Source: Macrostomum lignano (Eukaryota). From it: a stretch of 31,833 nucleotides of DNA. Position numbers and translations under genes: made by a program. Location: positions 1-31,833 of the forward strand of contig NIVC01004907.1 of the NCBI GenBank assembly GCA_002269645.1, given 5' to 3'. Positions 1 to 16,419 of this stretch are shown here, one piece after another. The stretch's first letter is position 1. Each line of letters begins with the position of its first letter. A model generated the notes under the pieces. It was not told the DNA's origin, made no database searches, and saw nothing but the letters and a program-made list of their open reading frames with translations.

Positions 1-3000
1 CTGGTGTTCAGGAAGACCGCCAACAACTTCAATGCGCCCATGTGCACCGCGGCAAAGGTGACTCAACTGTGACCTGACTCACTGGGTATTTGACTTGTGC
101 TAACCCACTTCCTCATGGCTATCTGCGTGTATAGGCGCAACTTTTAAAATCGACCGCCCGTTTCTACTGGCAACACATGTCACGTGACAACTGGTTTGTC
201 CAATAGCGACTTGCGTGTTGAAAGTTGAAACGGCCGGGCGAAATCGGAAACTTGCATATCTATGGGTATCCGTCTCTTCTTTCATGGGTATCTATCTCTT
301 CTCATGGGTATCTGTCTCTTCTTTCATGGGTATCTATCTCTTCTCATGGGTATCTGTCTCTTCTCATGGGTATCTGTCTCTTCTCATGGGTATATGTCTC
401 TTCTCATGGGTATCTGTCTCTTCTCATGGGTATCTGTCTCTTCTCATGGGTATCTGTCTCTTCTCATGGGTATCTGTCTCTTCTCATGGGTATCTGTCTC
501 TTCTCATGGGTATCTGTCTCTTCTCATGGGTATCTGTCTCTTCTCATGGGTATCTGTCTCTTCTCATGGGTATCTGTCTCTTCTCATGGGTATCTGTCTC
601 TTCTCATGGGTATCTGTCTCTTCTCATGGGTATCTGTCTCTTCTCATGGATATCTGTCTCTTCTCATGGGTATCTGTCTCTTCTCATGGGTATCTCCACC
701 TCAGACACTGGGTACTTTTCCGATTTCGAAACCCCATAGCGGACTGACATTTAACGCCCTTCCCCATTTCAACACAGGTGACCATCGCAGAGGTTGAGGA
801 GATCGTGGAGACAGGCGAGATCCCGCCTGAGCAGGTGCACATCCCCGGCATCTACGTCAAACGGCTGCTGCGAGGCGCTGCCTACGAGAAGCCAATCGAG
901 CGGCGAACTTTGCGCAAAGCCTCGGGGCCCGCCGTGGGCGGTGAGTGTGGGGAGAATCTTCCTGTATGCTTTTTTCGTATATCTTCCACTTCAGTAATCA
1001 TAAAGCATTCCCATTTGTCATCATTTATGTTATGTGGCACTATGGAGTCCTGCTCCATAGTGCTACTACTTTACAAAAAAAACTTACTGTGGTGGCTCAT
1101 ATGTCTATGGCACTGAGCCCATACACAGCATCTTCCCTCTTACAATGGGTAACGCAAGTTAGTGATTGGAAACATTCCATTCGCTGCTGATGTCGACATC
1201 AGCAACTATAGTCAACTCGTTGTTTTTTCATTAGTCCCTGACTGCGCTTTGGCCAATCAAATCCATCCAGTTTTGGCTTCGGAATATTCGCACTTGCATC
1301 TTCCTCTGGTCTAACATCCGGTCTAGGCTCGTCCGTCCGCGTTGGTCTGTCATTGTGTCTGCTTTTTCACTTGCTTGTTTATACGTCTGAATCTGGTCAA
1401 AGGGAACCTTCCTGTACTTCGGTTGTTCCTCATCTGTCTTGATGAGCGCCATGCGCCATGATGAAAGCACTACCTTTGCAGGAATTTCACCATCTCTTAA
1501 ATTCTTCTATAACCTGGTCTTCTAAATCCACTCGTCGCTTAGTGAACGGCACCCGGATCGTGCGTCCTAGCATTCTTTCAGCTGGTGATATTCCCTTGTT
1601 TACTGCCGAGGCTCTGTACTCGTAGAACAGCAAGAACCTGTTAATTGTTTGTTGGCTGAATCCATTTGCACTGATTGCCTCTTTCACTATCCGTACCAGT
1701 CTTTCAGCAGCTCCATTGCTCTGGGGATGGTGTGGCGCAGTCCTCAACTGTTTGCAATCGATTCCATCAAGCCATTCTCTGAACTTCCTGCTCGTGAAGC
1801 TTGGACCGTTGTCTGATACTATTGTGCGAGGTATTCCTAGTTGAGAAAATGTCCGTCGAAGGCATTGAACCACCGTTTGCGAGGTCATTTCTTTGGTGAT
1901 GTGGATCTCGGGGTAGCGTGTGTACGAGTCTGCTGTCAGTAGAAGATACAGTTTCTCGATGGGGCCAGCAAAATCCACATGGACTCGATCCCACGAACCA
2001 TTTGCCTCCGGCCTCGATGTCCGAAAATTTCTGTTCTGTGGCTTAGCAGAGCGGCAAACTTTACACGAGCCAATAGCTTTCTCGAGATCTTTGTCCATAG
2101 CAGGCCACCAGAACTCTGTTCTGGCCAAAGAATTTGACCTGGCGATTCCGAGGTGTGCTTGATGAACGGCCTTGATCACTCTGTCACGTAGCGATTTTGG
2201 AACGATTCTCTGTCCCCTTGGAACTCGTCTTAAAGGTTAGTTCATCTCGGTGCTCGATTCCTGAAGTCTCCTGTTGTCACGGCTTTCTTTAGCATCCGCA
2301 TGTCCTGACCTGACAGCTATTCGTAGTACACACCATCACCATCTCATTAGCCGACACCAGCGAGCAAAAAACATTTGCGTTTCCAATTTCCAGAGTAGTC
2401 TTGTCTAGCCCTGTCTTGACCAGTCGAGATAATGCATCAAAAGTCACAGCTTTTGTGTTCCGGTACTGGTTTTGATAGTCGTAGGCTGTAAGGAAAATCG
2501 CCCATCTCTGTAGTCTGGCAGACACACGGGGCGGCAGTTCCTTGTCGGCTGGTAAAATGTAGATCAATGGTCTATGGTCCGTGACCAAGCTGACTTCCTC
2601 TCTCAGAGAAATCGATGTCATCTGCGAATTCCTCAGACTATGGCAAGTGCCTCACGCTCAATTTGTGAGTAGTTCTTTTCTGCTTTGGAAGGAGCTTTAC
2701 TGATGTAGAGTACGGGGCGACATCTCGACTCAGTACCCCTGCCAAGGCTTTCTGCGATGCGTCAACCACCAGTTCTACCGGTAGTTTCGGATCGTAAGCG
2801 TGCAACTCTGCGTCCTTAGAGATTGACCTCTTGATGTTGTTGAAAGCTTCCATTTGGTCTGAAAACCCCAGTGGAATTTTGACTGTTTCTGCTTCAGTTG
2901 AACCAGTTTGGTGTCTTTTCTGACAAGTTAGGTATGAAGCGAGAACAGAACGTCACTAATCCCAGAAATGACTCTAACTCTGTCAAGGTTTTTGGTGGCT

Positions 3001-5597
3001 TTATCTGCTTGATTGCACTGACTTTCTCGTCGTTCGGGTAGATGCAACCATTGTCTATAATGTGTCTCTAAGATTGAGAGTCTACCTATAATCTACGCGA
3101 AGTCTGATCGCACCATTAGGCTTCGATGCAGTTACAATCGGCGATGCCCATTCAGAACATTTCACCGGCTCGATGATGTTCTCTCGAAGCAGTCGATCGA
3201 TTTCTTCTTTCACAGCTTCCCTCTAGGCGAACGGTCGTGGTCTGGCATTCAGATATTTCGGCGTTGCATCTCGCTTCAGTTCGAGGTGTGCTCTCATCGA
3301 TGCACTCGCTGCCGCTATAGTCTTTACGTCGCTATCCGACTCTAGATGCACACATACTCGTAGTACGTCTCTTCGCAATAAAGCGTAGCTCTTATAAAGC
3401 GAGCCGTCGATCTCAGCGATGGATTAGTACAGTCCTAGTACTTGGAATGTGTTGAATGTGTGGAATTTCAAGCACTAAGTCACCCAGCTTAGTGCTTGGA
3501 TGTTTCGGTCTAGGCCTGTCCAACTGAGTCCACAACATTTCGAACATAATTGAAACACCAGCTCCGGTATCTAATTCACATCGGATTGCATGCTCCTTTT
3601 GTCCTTCCAGTATTTTTTCTGTAATTGCAATCGGATCCCTGAGTCTCTGCTGACGGCAACAATTACTTGCCTCTGCTGTAAAAAATCCCTGTACTCAGAC
3701 TTTCACTCACATGCTGTACGGAAGGCTTTCTGGCGGCTGTCTGCTTCTTCTGTTGTCGTCCTGTACGGCAAACTTTAGCGAAGTGATTATTCTTACCGCA
3801 TGCGTTACACTTACACGTTTTGCCAAACGCTGGACGTTGTCCTTTCTGGTACACACCACCATACTTTGGACAAGACCTTATTGACTCTTTAGGCGGTTGT
3901 ATCCTACCCGCATCATGTGAATGCTTTGTAGCGACCTTAAGGATGGTACCCGAATCAGTCCTTGGTGCGGCCTTCATTATTGGTGTCTCCAGTAGGCTTC
4001 GCTCGTAGCCTGCTTGAACGTCCATTATTTATAGTTCTTGGTTATCAGCTTGCCGATAATCGCTTTGCTGTTCAGACCACATATGAACTGATCTCTTAAC
4101 CGCTCGTCTGTTTGAAAACTTGCACTTCTCCGCTCCCTTTAGCAGTCTTTCGGAAAAGGCGCCAACTTACTCTGTTGCTTCGCGTCCGATATTTTGACAT
4201 TTGAACCATTCAGCCAATACGTATGTCTTTGGCTGCATTATTTCTTCCAGTGCCTCTTTTAGCTGGGCAAAGGATTTCTTGCCAGGTTTTTCCGGTTCCA
4301 AATGATCAGCCAGCTTGTCATGCAACTGCGGAGAGATCCTCAAGAGCATTACTACAGTGCCTTGTTGGCGTCAGTCCAGCTAACACTGCGCAGCGATATC
4401 AAAGCGACCCATCCAGTGGTCGAGATTGCTGCTCTCTTCTAGTAGCTCAATCATTCCTGATGTATGGAAAGCGCCTTGCCTTTGGACAGCCTGCGTCGTA
4501 CTTTGACTCGGGATCTTGCTCGGCGACTTTGTGCCGTTTCCGGTCACAAGGACAGCGCGATGGCTTGGAGACTGTTGGAGTGCTTGCGACGCCACTGTTA
4601 TGTAGCACTAGGGATTTGGAAAATAAACTTACTGTGGTATCTCACATGTCTATGGCACTGGGCCCACACACGGCAATTTAAAAATCCCAAAATCCTCCCA
4701 GAGGTCGGCGAGTCATCGCGCGAGCGCATCATTCGCCGCCTAGTGCTGGAGTTCAAGGACGGCATGTACGTGAACCTGGGTATCGGAATCCCGATGCTGG
4801 CCGCCAGCTTCATCCCCGCTGGCATGAAGGTGCATCTGCAGTCGGAGAACGGCTTCCTCGGCCTAGGCCCGTATCCCACAGCCGAGCAGGTGGACCCGGA
4901 CCTAATCAATGCTGGCAAGGAGACGGTGACGGCGCTTCCAGGAGCTGCCTACTTCGACTCGGCGTCCAGCTTCGCCATGATCCGCGGCGGCCACATCGAC
5001 GTCACGGTGCTTGGTGCGATGCAGGTGTCAAAGACTGGCGACCTGGCCAACTGGATTATTCCTGGAAAGCTGGTCAAAGGCATGGGCGGTGCAATGGACC
5101 TGGTGGGGGTGCCAGGGACCAAAGTGGTGGTCACTATGGAGCACTGCGCCAAGGTAAGGTTGTGCCGTTTGCTCGCTTCAGGGATATTGCTTCAGAGTGC
5201 AACTCAGCTTTAGGGGGTGCAGAAGGTGGGGTTGCAGCTTCAGAGGGTGCAGGAAGTGGGCTTACAGCTTCAGAGAATGGAGGACGTGGGGTTGCATTCT
5301 AAAGGGCAACGCGCACTCTTTGGAATGAAGGAACAATGGCATGGTGCAGGAGCCTCATGAATTACCCTGGTCCCGCAGGACGGTAAAGCGAAGATCCTGG
5401 ACAGGTGCAGCCTGCCCCTCACCGGCAAGGCCTGCGTCGACATGCTGATCACCGAGAAGGCCGTGTTCACCGTGGACCCCGAGCAGGGTCTGGTGCTCAC
5501 CGAGATTGCTGAAGGTATTTCAGTTCAGGACCTGGTGGAGTGCACGGAGGCGCAGTTCCAGGTGTCCGAGCAGCTGACCATGATGGGGCAGATCTGA
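1..5597 (+). CDS. OXCT1: Succinyl-CoA:3-ketoacid CoA transferase (SCOT), 3' part; exons 1-57, 778-940, 4702-5153, 5379-5597; 5' exons lie outside the window
   Basis: Spliced translation reads [19 protein letters not shown]|[10 protein letters not shown]...IHIPGIYV-like...|[25 protein letters not shown]...LQSENG (catalytic Glu)...GMGGAMDLV...EHCAK|[16 protein letters not shown]...QI*. All introns are GT-AG and phases (0, 1, 0) are compatible. Confidence 0.95.
261..696. repeat. 20-bp minisatellite (ATGGGTATCTGTCTCTTCTC, about 21 copies) in SCOT intron 58-777
   Basis: Near-perfect 20-bp period visible directly; explains ORFs 215..739, 225..797 and 262..747. Confidence 0.95.
1028..1130 (-). repeat. 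3' LTR (103 bp)
   Basis: Matches 4596-4675 at 14/15 bp in the first block and 45/51 bp in the last block; begins TGTTA and ends GCA on the + strand. Confidence 0.88.
1131..1142 (-). other. Polypurine tract (TAAGAGGGAAGA on - strand) immediately before the 3' LTR
   Basis: Purine run directly abutting the LTR TG. Confidence 0.75.
1231..2200 (-). pseudogene. Retrotransposon integrase remnant (HHCC zinc finger, DDE core, C-terminal tail)
   Basis: ORF 1487..2179: VHQAHLG...[33 protein letters not shown]. The tail continues in ORF 1231..1470. Confidence 0.9.
2289..3600 (-). pseudogene. pol remnant: aspartic protease, truncated reverse transcriptase and RNase H
   Basis: [10 protein letters not shown] protease motif (DTG at 3563-3571); SEWASPIV...DYR*TLN joined directly to HIIDNG...SFLG; [14 protein letters not shown] (2638..2853); TDHRPL...[14 protein letters not shown] (2289..2621). 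Confidence 0.88.
3663..4460 (-). pseudogene. gag remnant with a degenerate double zinc knuckle
   Basis: [45 protein letters not shown]-like segment, [22 protein letters not shown]; split by stops and frameshifts. Confidence 0.8.
4581..4594 (-). other. Primer-binding site TGGCGTCGCAAGCA, one base inside the 5' LTR boundary
   Basis: Starts with TGG (complement of tRNA CCA). The complement ...TGCTTGCGACGCCA fits a tRNA 3' end with a G discriminator; a Ser-type primer is my inference. Confidence 0.7.
4596..4675 (-). repeat. 5' LTR (80 bp)
   Basis: TG...CA, homologous to 1028-1130, followed on the + strand by TSD ATTTA. Confidence 0.88.
5200..5296. repeat. Short diverged repeat of about 30 bp (GCAGCTTCAGAGGGTGCAG core, about 3 copies) in the last SCOT intron
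   Basis: CAGCTTCAGAG and GTGGGG segments recur at about 30-bp spacing. Confidence 0.55.
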
Positions 5598-5648
5598 GTG
5601 CGCTGCCGACTGATCGGCTCTCGCTTTGACCGCCTTGCGTCTTGCTAC

Positions 5649-6378
5649 TCCAATGTACACTCATTTCCTACCCGCACACCCACCCCAATGTACACTCATT
5701 TCCTACCCGCACACCCACCCCAATGTACACTCATTTCCTACCCGCACACCCACCCCAATGTACACTCATTCCCTACCGCACAACCACCCCAATGTACACT
5801 CATTCCCTACTCGCACACCCACCCCAATGTACACTTATTTCCTACCCGCACACCCACCCCAATGTACACTCATTTCCTACCCGCACACCCACTCCAATGT
5901 ACACTCATTTCCTACCCGCACACCCACTCCAATGTACACTCATTTCCTACCCGCACACCCACCTCAATGTACACTCATTCCCTACCGCACAACCACCCCA
6001 ATGTACACTCATTCCCTACCGCACAACCACCCCAATGTACACTCATTCCCTACCGCACAACCACCCCAATGTACACTCATTCCCTACTCGCACACCCACC
6101 CCAATGTACACTTATTTCCTACCCGCACACCCACCCCAATGTACACTCATTTCCTACCCGCACACCCACTCCAATGTACACTCATTTCCTACCCGCACAC
6201 CCACTCCAATGTACACTCATTTCCTACCCGCACACCCACCTCAATGTACACTCATTCCCTACCGCACAACCACCCCAATGTACACTCATTCCCTACCGCA
6301 CAACCACCCCAATGTACACTTTTTCTCTACCACACAACCACCCCAATGTACACTCGTTCTCTTCTACACAACCACCCC
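5649..6378. repeat. 34/35-bp minisatellite (CAATGTACACTCATTTCCTACCCGCACACCCACCC, about 21 copies) starting about 50 bp after the SCOT stop
   Basis: Two interleaved variants (35-bp CCCGCACACCC and 34-bp CCGCACAACC); source of ORFs 5598..6401, 5626..6381 and 5642..6505. Confidence 0.95.
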
Positions 6379-6774
6379 TAGATATAAAGTATCTGTGTTG
6401 AAACAGTTTTTCTTTCATGGTGCTAAGTTCAAGTCTTGTTCATTTTTACACAGAGATTTCTTTTCACGTGGTTTTATTGAACAACTTTCTCTCTGTAGGG
6501 CATAATTGCTGATTTTACAGTAGGAATTAATTTTATTGCGAATCTGTCTCTGTTTACTAAATATAAGAGTACGCTACCACTTGATTGTAAAATTCAATGA
6601 TTATTTAATGATGTTGATAATGATTGTTATTTTGTTTACGTAGATTTATTATTATCTGAATACTTTGTATTAATAATTATGGTACATTTTTAATTTGAGT
6701 GTTACTGTAATCCTGCTGTAGATTGTTATGTCTAATCATGCATTATTATAATCGGATGATCGGTTTTCACTTTC

Positions 6775-9029
6775 TCATCGTCCATGCTTTTGCCGCCTGC
6801 TCCGCGGCTGCGCAGCTGGCATGGGGGCCGCGTCGCCGGGGTCCAGGTGCCTCAGGGCCAGCTCTGCCGCTGCCGCCTTCGCCAGCCAGCGGCTTGGTCG
6901 GAATTGGCCAGCCTGATAGGTGCAGTGCAGCGCTGTGACCTGCGGCAGCGTGGGGGGAGGTTGCTGCTGTTGATTGAGTGCCAACAGGTGTGGCTGTGTG
7001 GTAGGTAGGCCGCTTGTGTAGTAGGTAGGGAGGCAGAGTAGTCGGTAGAGTGGGATAGAATGGCAGAGTAGTGGGTAGAGTGGGATAGAATGGCAGAGTA
7101 GTGGGTAGAGTGGGATAGAATGGTAGAGTAGTGGGTAGAGTGGGATAGAATGGCAGAGTAGTGGGTAGAGTGGGATAGAATGGCAGAGTAGTGGGTAGAG
7201 TGGGATAGAATGGTAGAGTAGTGGGTAGAGTGGGATAGAATGGCAGAGTAGTGGGTAGAGTGGGATAGAATGGTAGAGTAGTGGGTAGAGTGGGATAGAA
7301 TGGCAGAGTAGTGGGTAGAGTGGGATAGAATGGCAGAGTAGTGGGTAGAGTGGGATAGAATGGTAGAGTAGTGGGTAGAGTGGGATAGAATGACAGAGTA
7401 GTGGGTAGAGTGGGGATATAGTGGCAGAGTAGTGGGTAGAGTGGGATAGAATGGCAGAGTAGTGCGTAGAGTAGAAAAGTGGTGGGTAGAGTGGGGATAT
7501 AGTGGCAGAGTAGGGGTAGAGTGAGGGTAGAGAGGCATTGTTAGCAGATAGCGGTGTAGCAGGCGGGTCCGCAGCCGGTCTCACCGAGTAGAGGTACATC
7601 TTGGCTCCTGGCGGCCCCACCTCTCTGATAAGCCGATAGCGCGGCGAGTGGCCGGTGTACTTCTGGCTCAGGTGGCCGAGCCGGTGCATGCGGGCCTGCG
7701 CGCTCGCCCTGTCGGGTTTCTTCCTTGGTGGCTGCCTGGACGGCGGCGGGCAAGGCCGAGGTGTGGGCTGCGGCAGCCGAGGTCGGATTCCTGTTTTTTC
7801 ACCGTCACTGGCCAGGCCTTTGTTGGTGATGAGTCGGGTGCAAGTGCAGTTTTGAGCTCAGCACACGTAAGTGAAGGATAGGTAAGTAAGGTCTGAGTCA
7901 TTTTAAGCACAATTGATAGTTGTATAGGGTTGTACAACTTGCGGATTAGCGGGCCACCATCTGTCACTCACCCGCTCGTCCGGTTCGCATAGCAACCGCC
8001 ACGGGTTCGACGCGGCCTTCACCCTGCCTGCCGAGGCCCTGGCCCTCCCGCCAGCCCATTCGACGAATCAGGTCCAGCCCGGGCCCGGCCGTGATTGGCT
8101 GGGCGTTGGCAAACGGGTCGCGCTGAGGGGGGGGGGCAGCGACCGCTGATTTTTTAAGCCAATTTGGAACTTTTCAACTTATCAGTGATGGATCTTGTTG
8201 AAATTAGTCTTTACCTTTTGTACCTGTCTTTTTGTACTTTCGAGGTGTCCTGCAGCCTGTCCAGTTTTTCCTTCAGCCTGTCCGGTCTGTACTACAGCCT
8301 GTCCGGCTTGTCCTGCAGCCTGTCCGGTCTGTACTGCAGCCTGTCCGGCATGTCCTGCAGCCTGTCCGGTTTTTCCTTCAGCCTGTCCGGTCTGTACTGC
8401 AGCCTGTCCGGTTTTTCCTGCAGCCTGTCCGGTTTGTGCCATTCCCATTCTCAGGGTCCGCCCACTCGAAGCTGCAGCAAGTGAAGACGGTGCCCGCGTA
8501 GTTGAGACGCCGCCTTCATCGCCACCGGCGGCCGTCTTGGCCGACTCCGACGTCTCTGCGCGATGCTTCTGTGGCCGCGCCTTGCCGCCGCTGCTGTTGA
8601 TGTGTTTGTGCAGCCGTCCTGAGCAATCGAAAAGGCAAAATTATGGGTGCCATGGCCAGACAAACAGGGTGCACCAGAGGTACCGTACATGTAGGTGTCA
8701 GCGAATCCAGCATAAATGTCAGGTGAGCCAGCATAAATATCAGGTCGAGCCAGCATAAGTGTCAGGGTTAGTCAGCATGAATGCCTGCTCCTGTGGGGCT
8801 CGAACCCGTGACCTCCCAAGCCCGGCTACAAAAGCTCACCGCAGCTGACCGGAAACGCGGCCACCAGAGCCTGCGACTGTCTGATAGCGACTTCCGGTTG
8901 ACTGTTGGGCCAGAGGCCGCCGGAGCTGAAGGCCCGCTGCTGCTGCTGCTGCTGCTGCTGCCCCAAGCTCAGCGAAGAGAATGCTCGTTGGAGCTTTGCC
9001 TCGGACGAAGGCTGCTCGCTCTTCTGCAT
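6775..9029 (-). CDS. SON-like paralog: G-patch + divergent dsRBD, no RS domain, about 380 aa; exons 9029-8840, 8618-8215, 8122-7972, 7817-7585, 6939-6775
   Basis: LVAAFPVSCG|...|RDPFANAQPITAGPGLDLIRRMGWREGQGLGRQGEG (G-patch)...RAG|LASDGE...LGHLSQKYTGHSPRYRLIREVGPPGAKMYLYS|VTALHCTYQ...RWLAKAAAAELALRHL*. Phases 1, 0, 1, 0 are consistent and total 1143 nt. The start codon and the 3' end of exon 2 are less certain. Confidence 0.8.
7035..7530. repeat. 30-bp minisatellite (GTAGAGTGGGATAGAATGGCAGAGTAGTGG, about 16 copies) in the last intron of the SON-like paralog
   Basis: Strict 30-bp period built from three related 10-mers. Confidence 0.95.
8253..8432. repeat. 21-bp repeat, 9 copies (CAGCCTGTCCGG core plus variable 9-mer), probably coding
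   Basis: Cores at exact 21-bp spacing from 8253 to 8421; open in the SON-like exon-2 frame as (K/Q)TGQAA(G/V). Confidence 0.85.
8786..8816 (-). other. tRNA-derived T-arm/B-box fragment (possible SINE head remnant) in an intron
   Basis: The - strand reads GGAGGTCACGGGTTCGAGCCCCACAGGAGCA, with a GGTTCGA loop and a GGG/CCC stem. No D-arm or A-box found. Confidence 0.35.
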
Positions 9030-9360
9030 CAGCCAGTCTCTCTGATAGGAAAAACTAAAAGTAAAAACTCTGCTGCCTGAATCGGCCGGGCTACTCAAGT
9101 TCTTACATGTAAATTTTTAGTGGATTTCATCAAACAGATTATTGAGCACAGCACATAGACTAATTCCCTGAGCCTAACGAACATACATGAATAAAAACCA
9201 TAATTGAACACTGCAGAATAAAGTCGTGGAAAATAGAAGTTACATCTTGAAAATCGTAACATCTGTTTTATTCAGACAAATCTTAGTGGACAAAATCTCT
9301 GTGGGCAAATCTCTGAGAAAAAATATCGGTGGACAAATCTCTAGACAAATTTCAGTGAAG

Positions 9361-9615
9361 AAATCTTGATGGACAAACCTCGATGGACAAATCTTGATGG
9401 ACAAACCTCGGTGGACAAATCTTGATGGACAAACCTCGGTGGACAAATCTTGATGGACAAACCTCGGTGGACAAATCTTGATGGACAAACCTCGGTGGAC
9501 AAATCTTGATGGACAAATTTTGATGGACAAACCTCGGTGGACAAATCTTGATGGACAAACCTCGGTGGACAAACCTCGGTGGACAAACCTCGGTGGACAA
9601 ATCTTGATGGACAAA
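9361..9615. repeat. 28-bp higher-order minisatellite of two 14-mers (GGACAAACCTCGGT and GGACAAATCTTGAT) between the two SON genes
   Basis: Alternating A/B monomers share GGACAAA; diverged copies extend to about 9275. Confidence 0.92.
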
Positions 9616-10133
9616 TGGGTCTATAAGGATTGCTTGCAGGATTTTGGCGGAAGCTTTCTTGTGGAAAATTTTCGAGTACCTGTTAAACTTAAAGTTTGTT
9701 CGCAAAAGTTCCAGCTCCTTGATTGAATAATTTTATGTTAATTTTATGTTGCAGTCACGTGACCCAGTCCAGTAAATAAAGAAAAAGCATTGAAAAGTAC
9801 ATTTTGTTCTTTTTAAGTCCAATGAAGTACAAAAGCTACACTGTAACGCAGTGATTAACAGTAAATACTCAAGAACAAATGTATTATTGATGCTAGTTAA
9901 TCTAAACAAAAAATCAATTAAAGATTACAGAGCAATTAGCAGGCAGTCGGTGGAACTGCCAGCATTATTATGGCGTCAAGCAGAACGAACTGGCAATAAA
10001 TTTCAACTTGAGCTCTGACTGACAAACTCGCGAAAATGCAATTGGATTCTGTATGCAATATTCTTAACACGCTGAAATGCTTTCAGTTTTTACAGGTTTA
10101 TCATATAATTGTATCATATACAGGCTGCCGCTT

Positions 10134-16238
<6,105 letters not shown>

Positions 16239-16419
16239 CAACTAGCTCTTGAGAGAGGGCTGGAAATTTAGCAGGGCCACTGTACACCTGTGTGAGCACT
16301 GTACATGTGTACATACCCATGTGCGTGCTCAGGGATTGATGATATAGGGTATAACTGCTGGCAGGATGACTCTTACCCCTTGCTTTGTGGTCACGTGCTT
16401 TGCCACAAGATGGATAGCA

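Larger units (their letters stand above)
1028..4675 (-). mobile_element. Ty3/gypsy (Mag-type) LTR retrotransposon, 3648 bp, degenerate and non-autonomous, antisense in SCOT intron 941-4701
   Basis: TG...CA LTRs at 1028-1130 and 4596-4675. 5-bp TSD ATTTA at 1023-1027 and 4676-4680. PBS and PPT abut the LTRs. Internal order is gag-PR-RT-RH-IN, with stops and frameshifts. Confidence 0.93.

Noticed and set aside
178-189. Palindromic E-box/CLEAR motif TGTCACGTGACA (also GTCACGTGAC at 9754-9763) as a regulatory site
   Set aside because: A short palindrome alone cannot be assigned function; one copy is intronic and there are no TSS data.
778-5597. Bacterial two-subunit CoA transferase (scoA/scoB) operon interrupted by an IS
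   Set aside because: The alpha and beta halves are joined in frame by a phase-1 spliceosomal intron, and the insert is an LTR retrotransposon.
8786-8860. Full tRNA gene
   Set aside because: Only a T-arm-like segment is present; no cloverleaf, D-arm or A-box.
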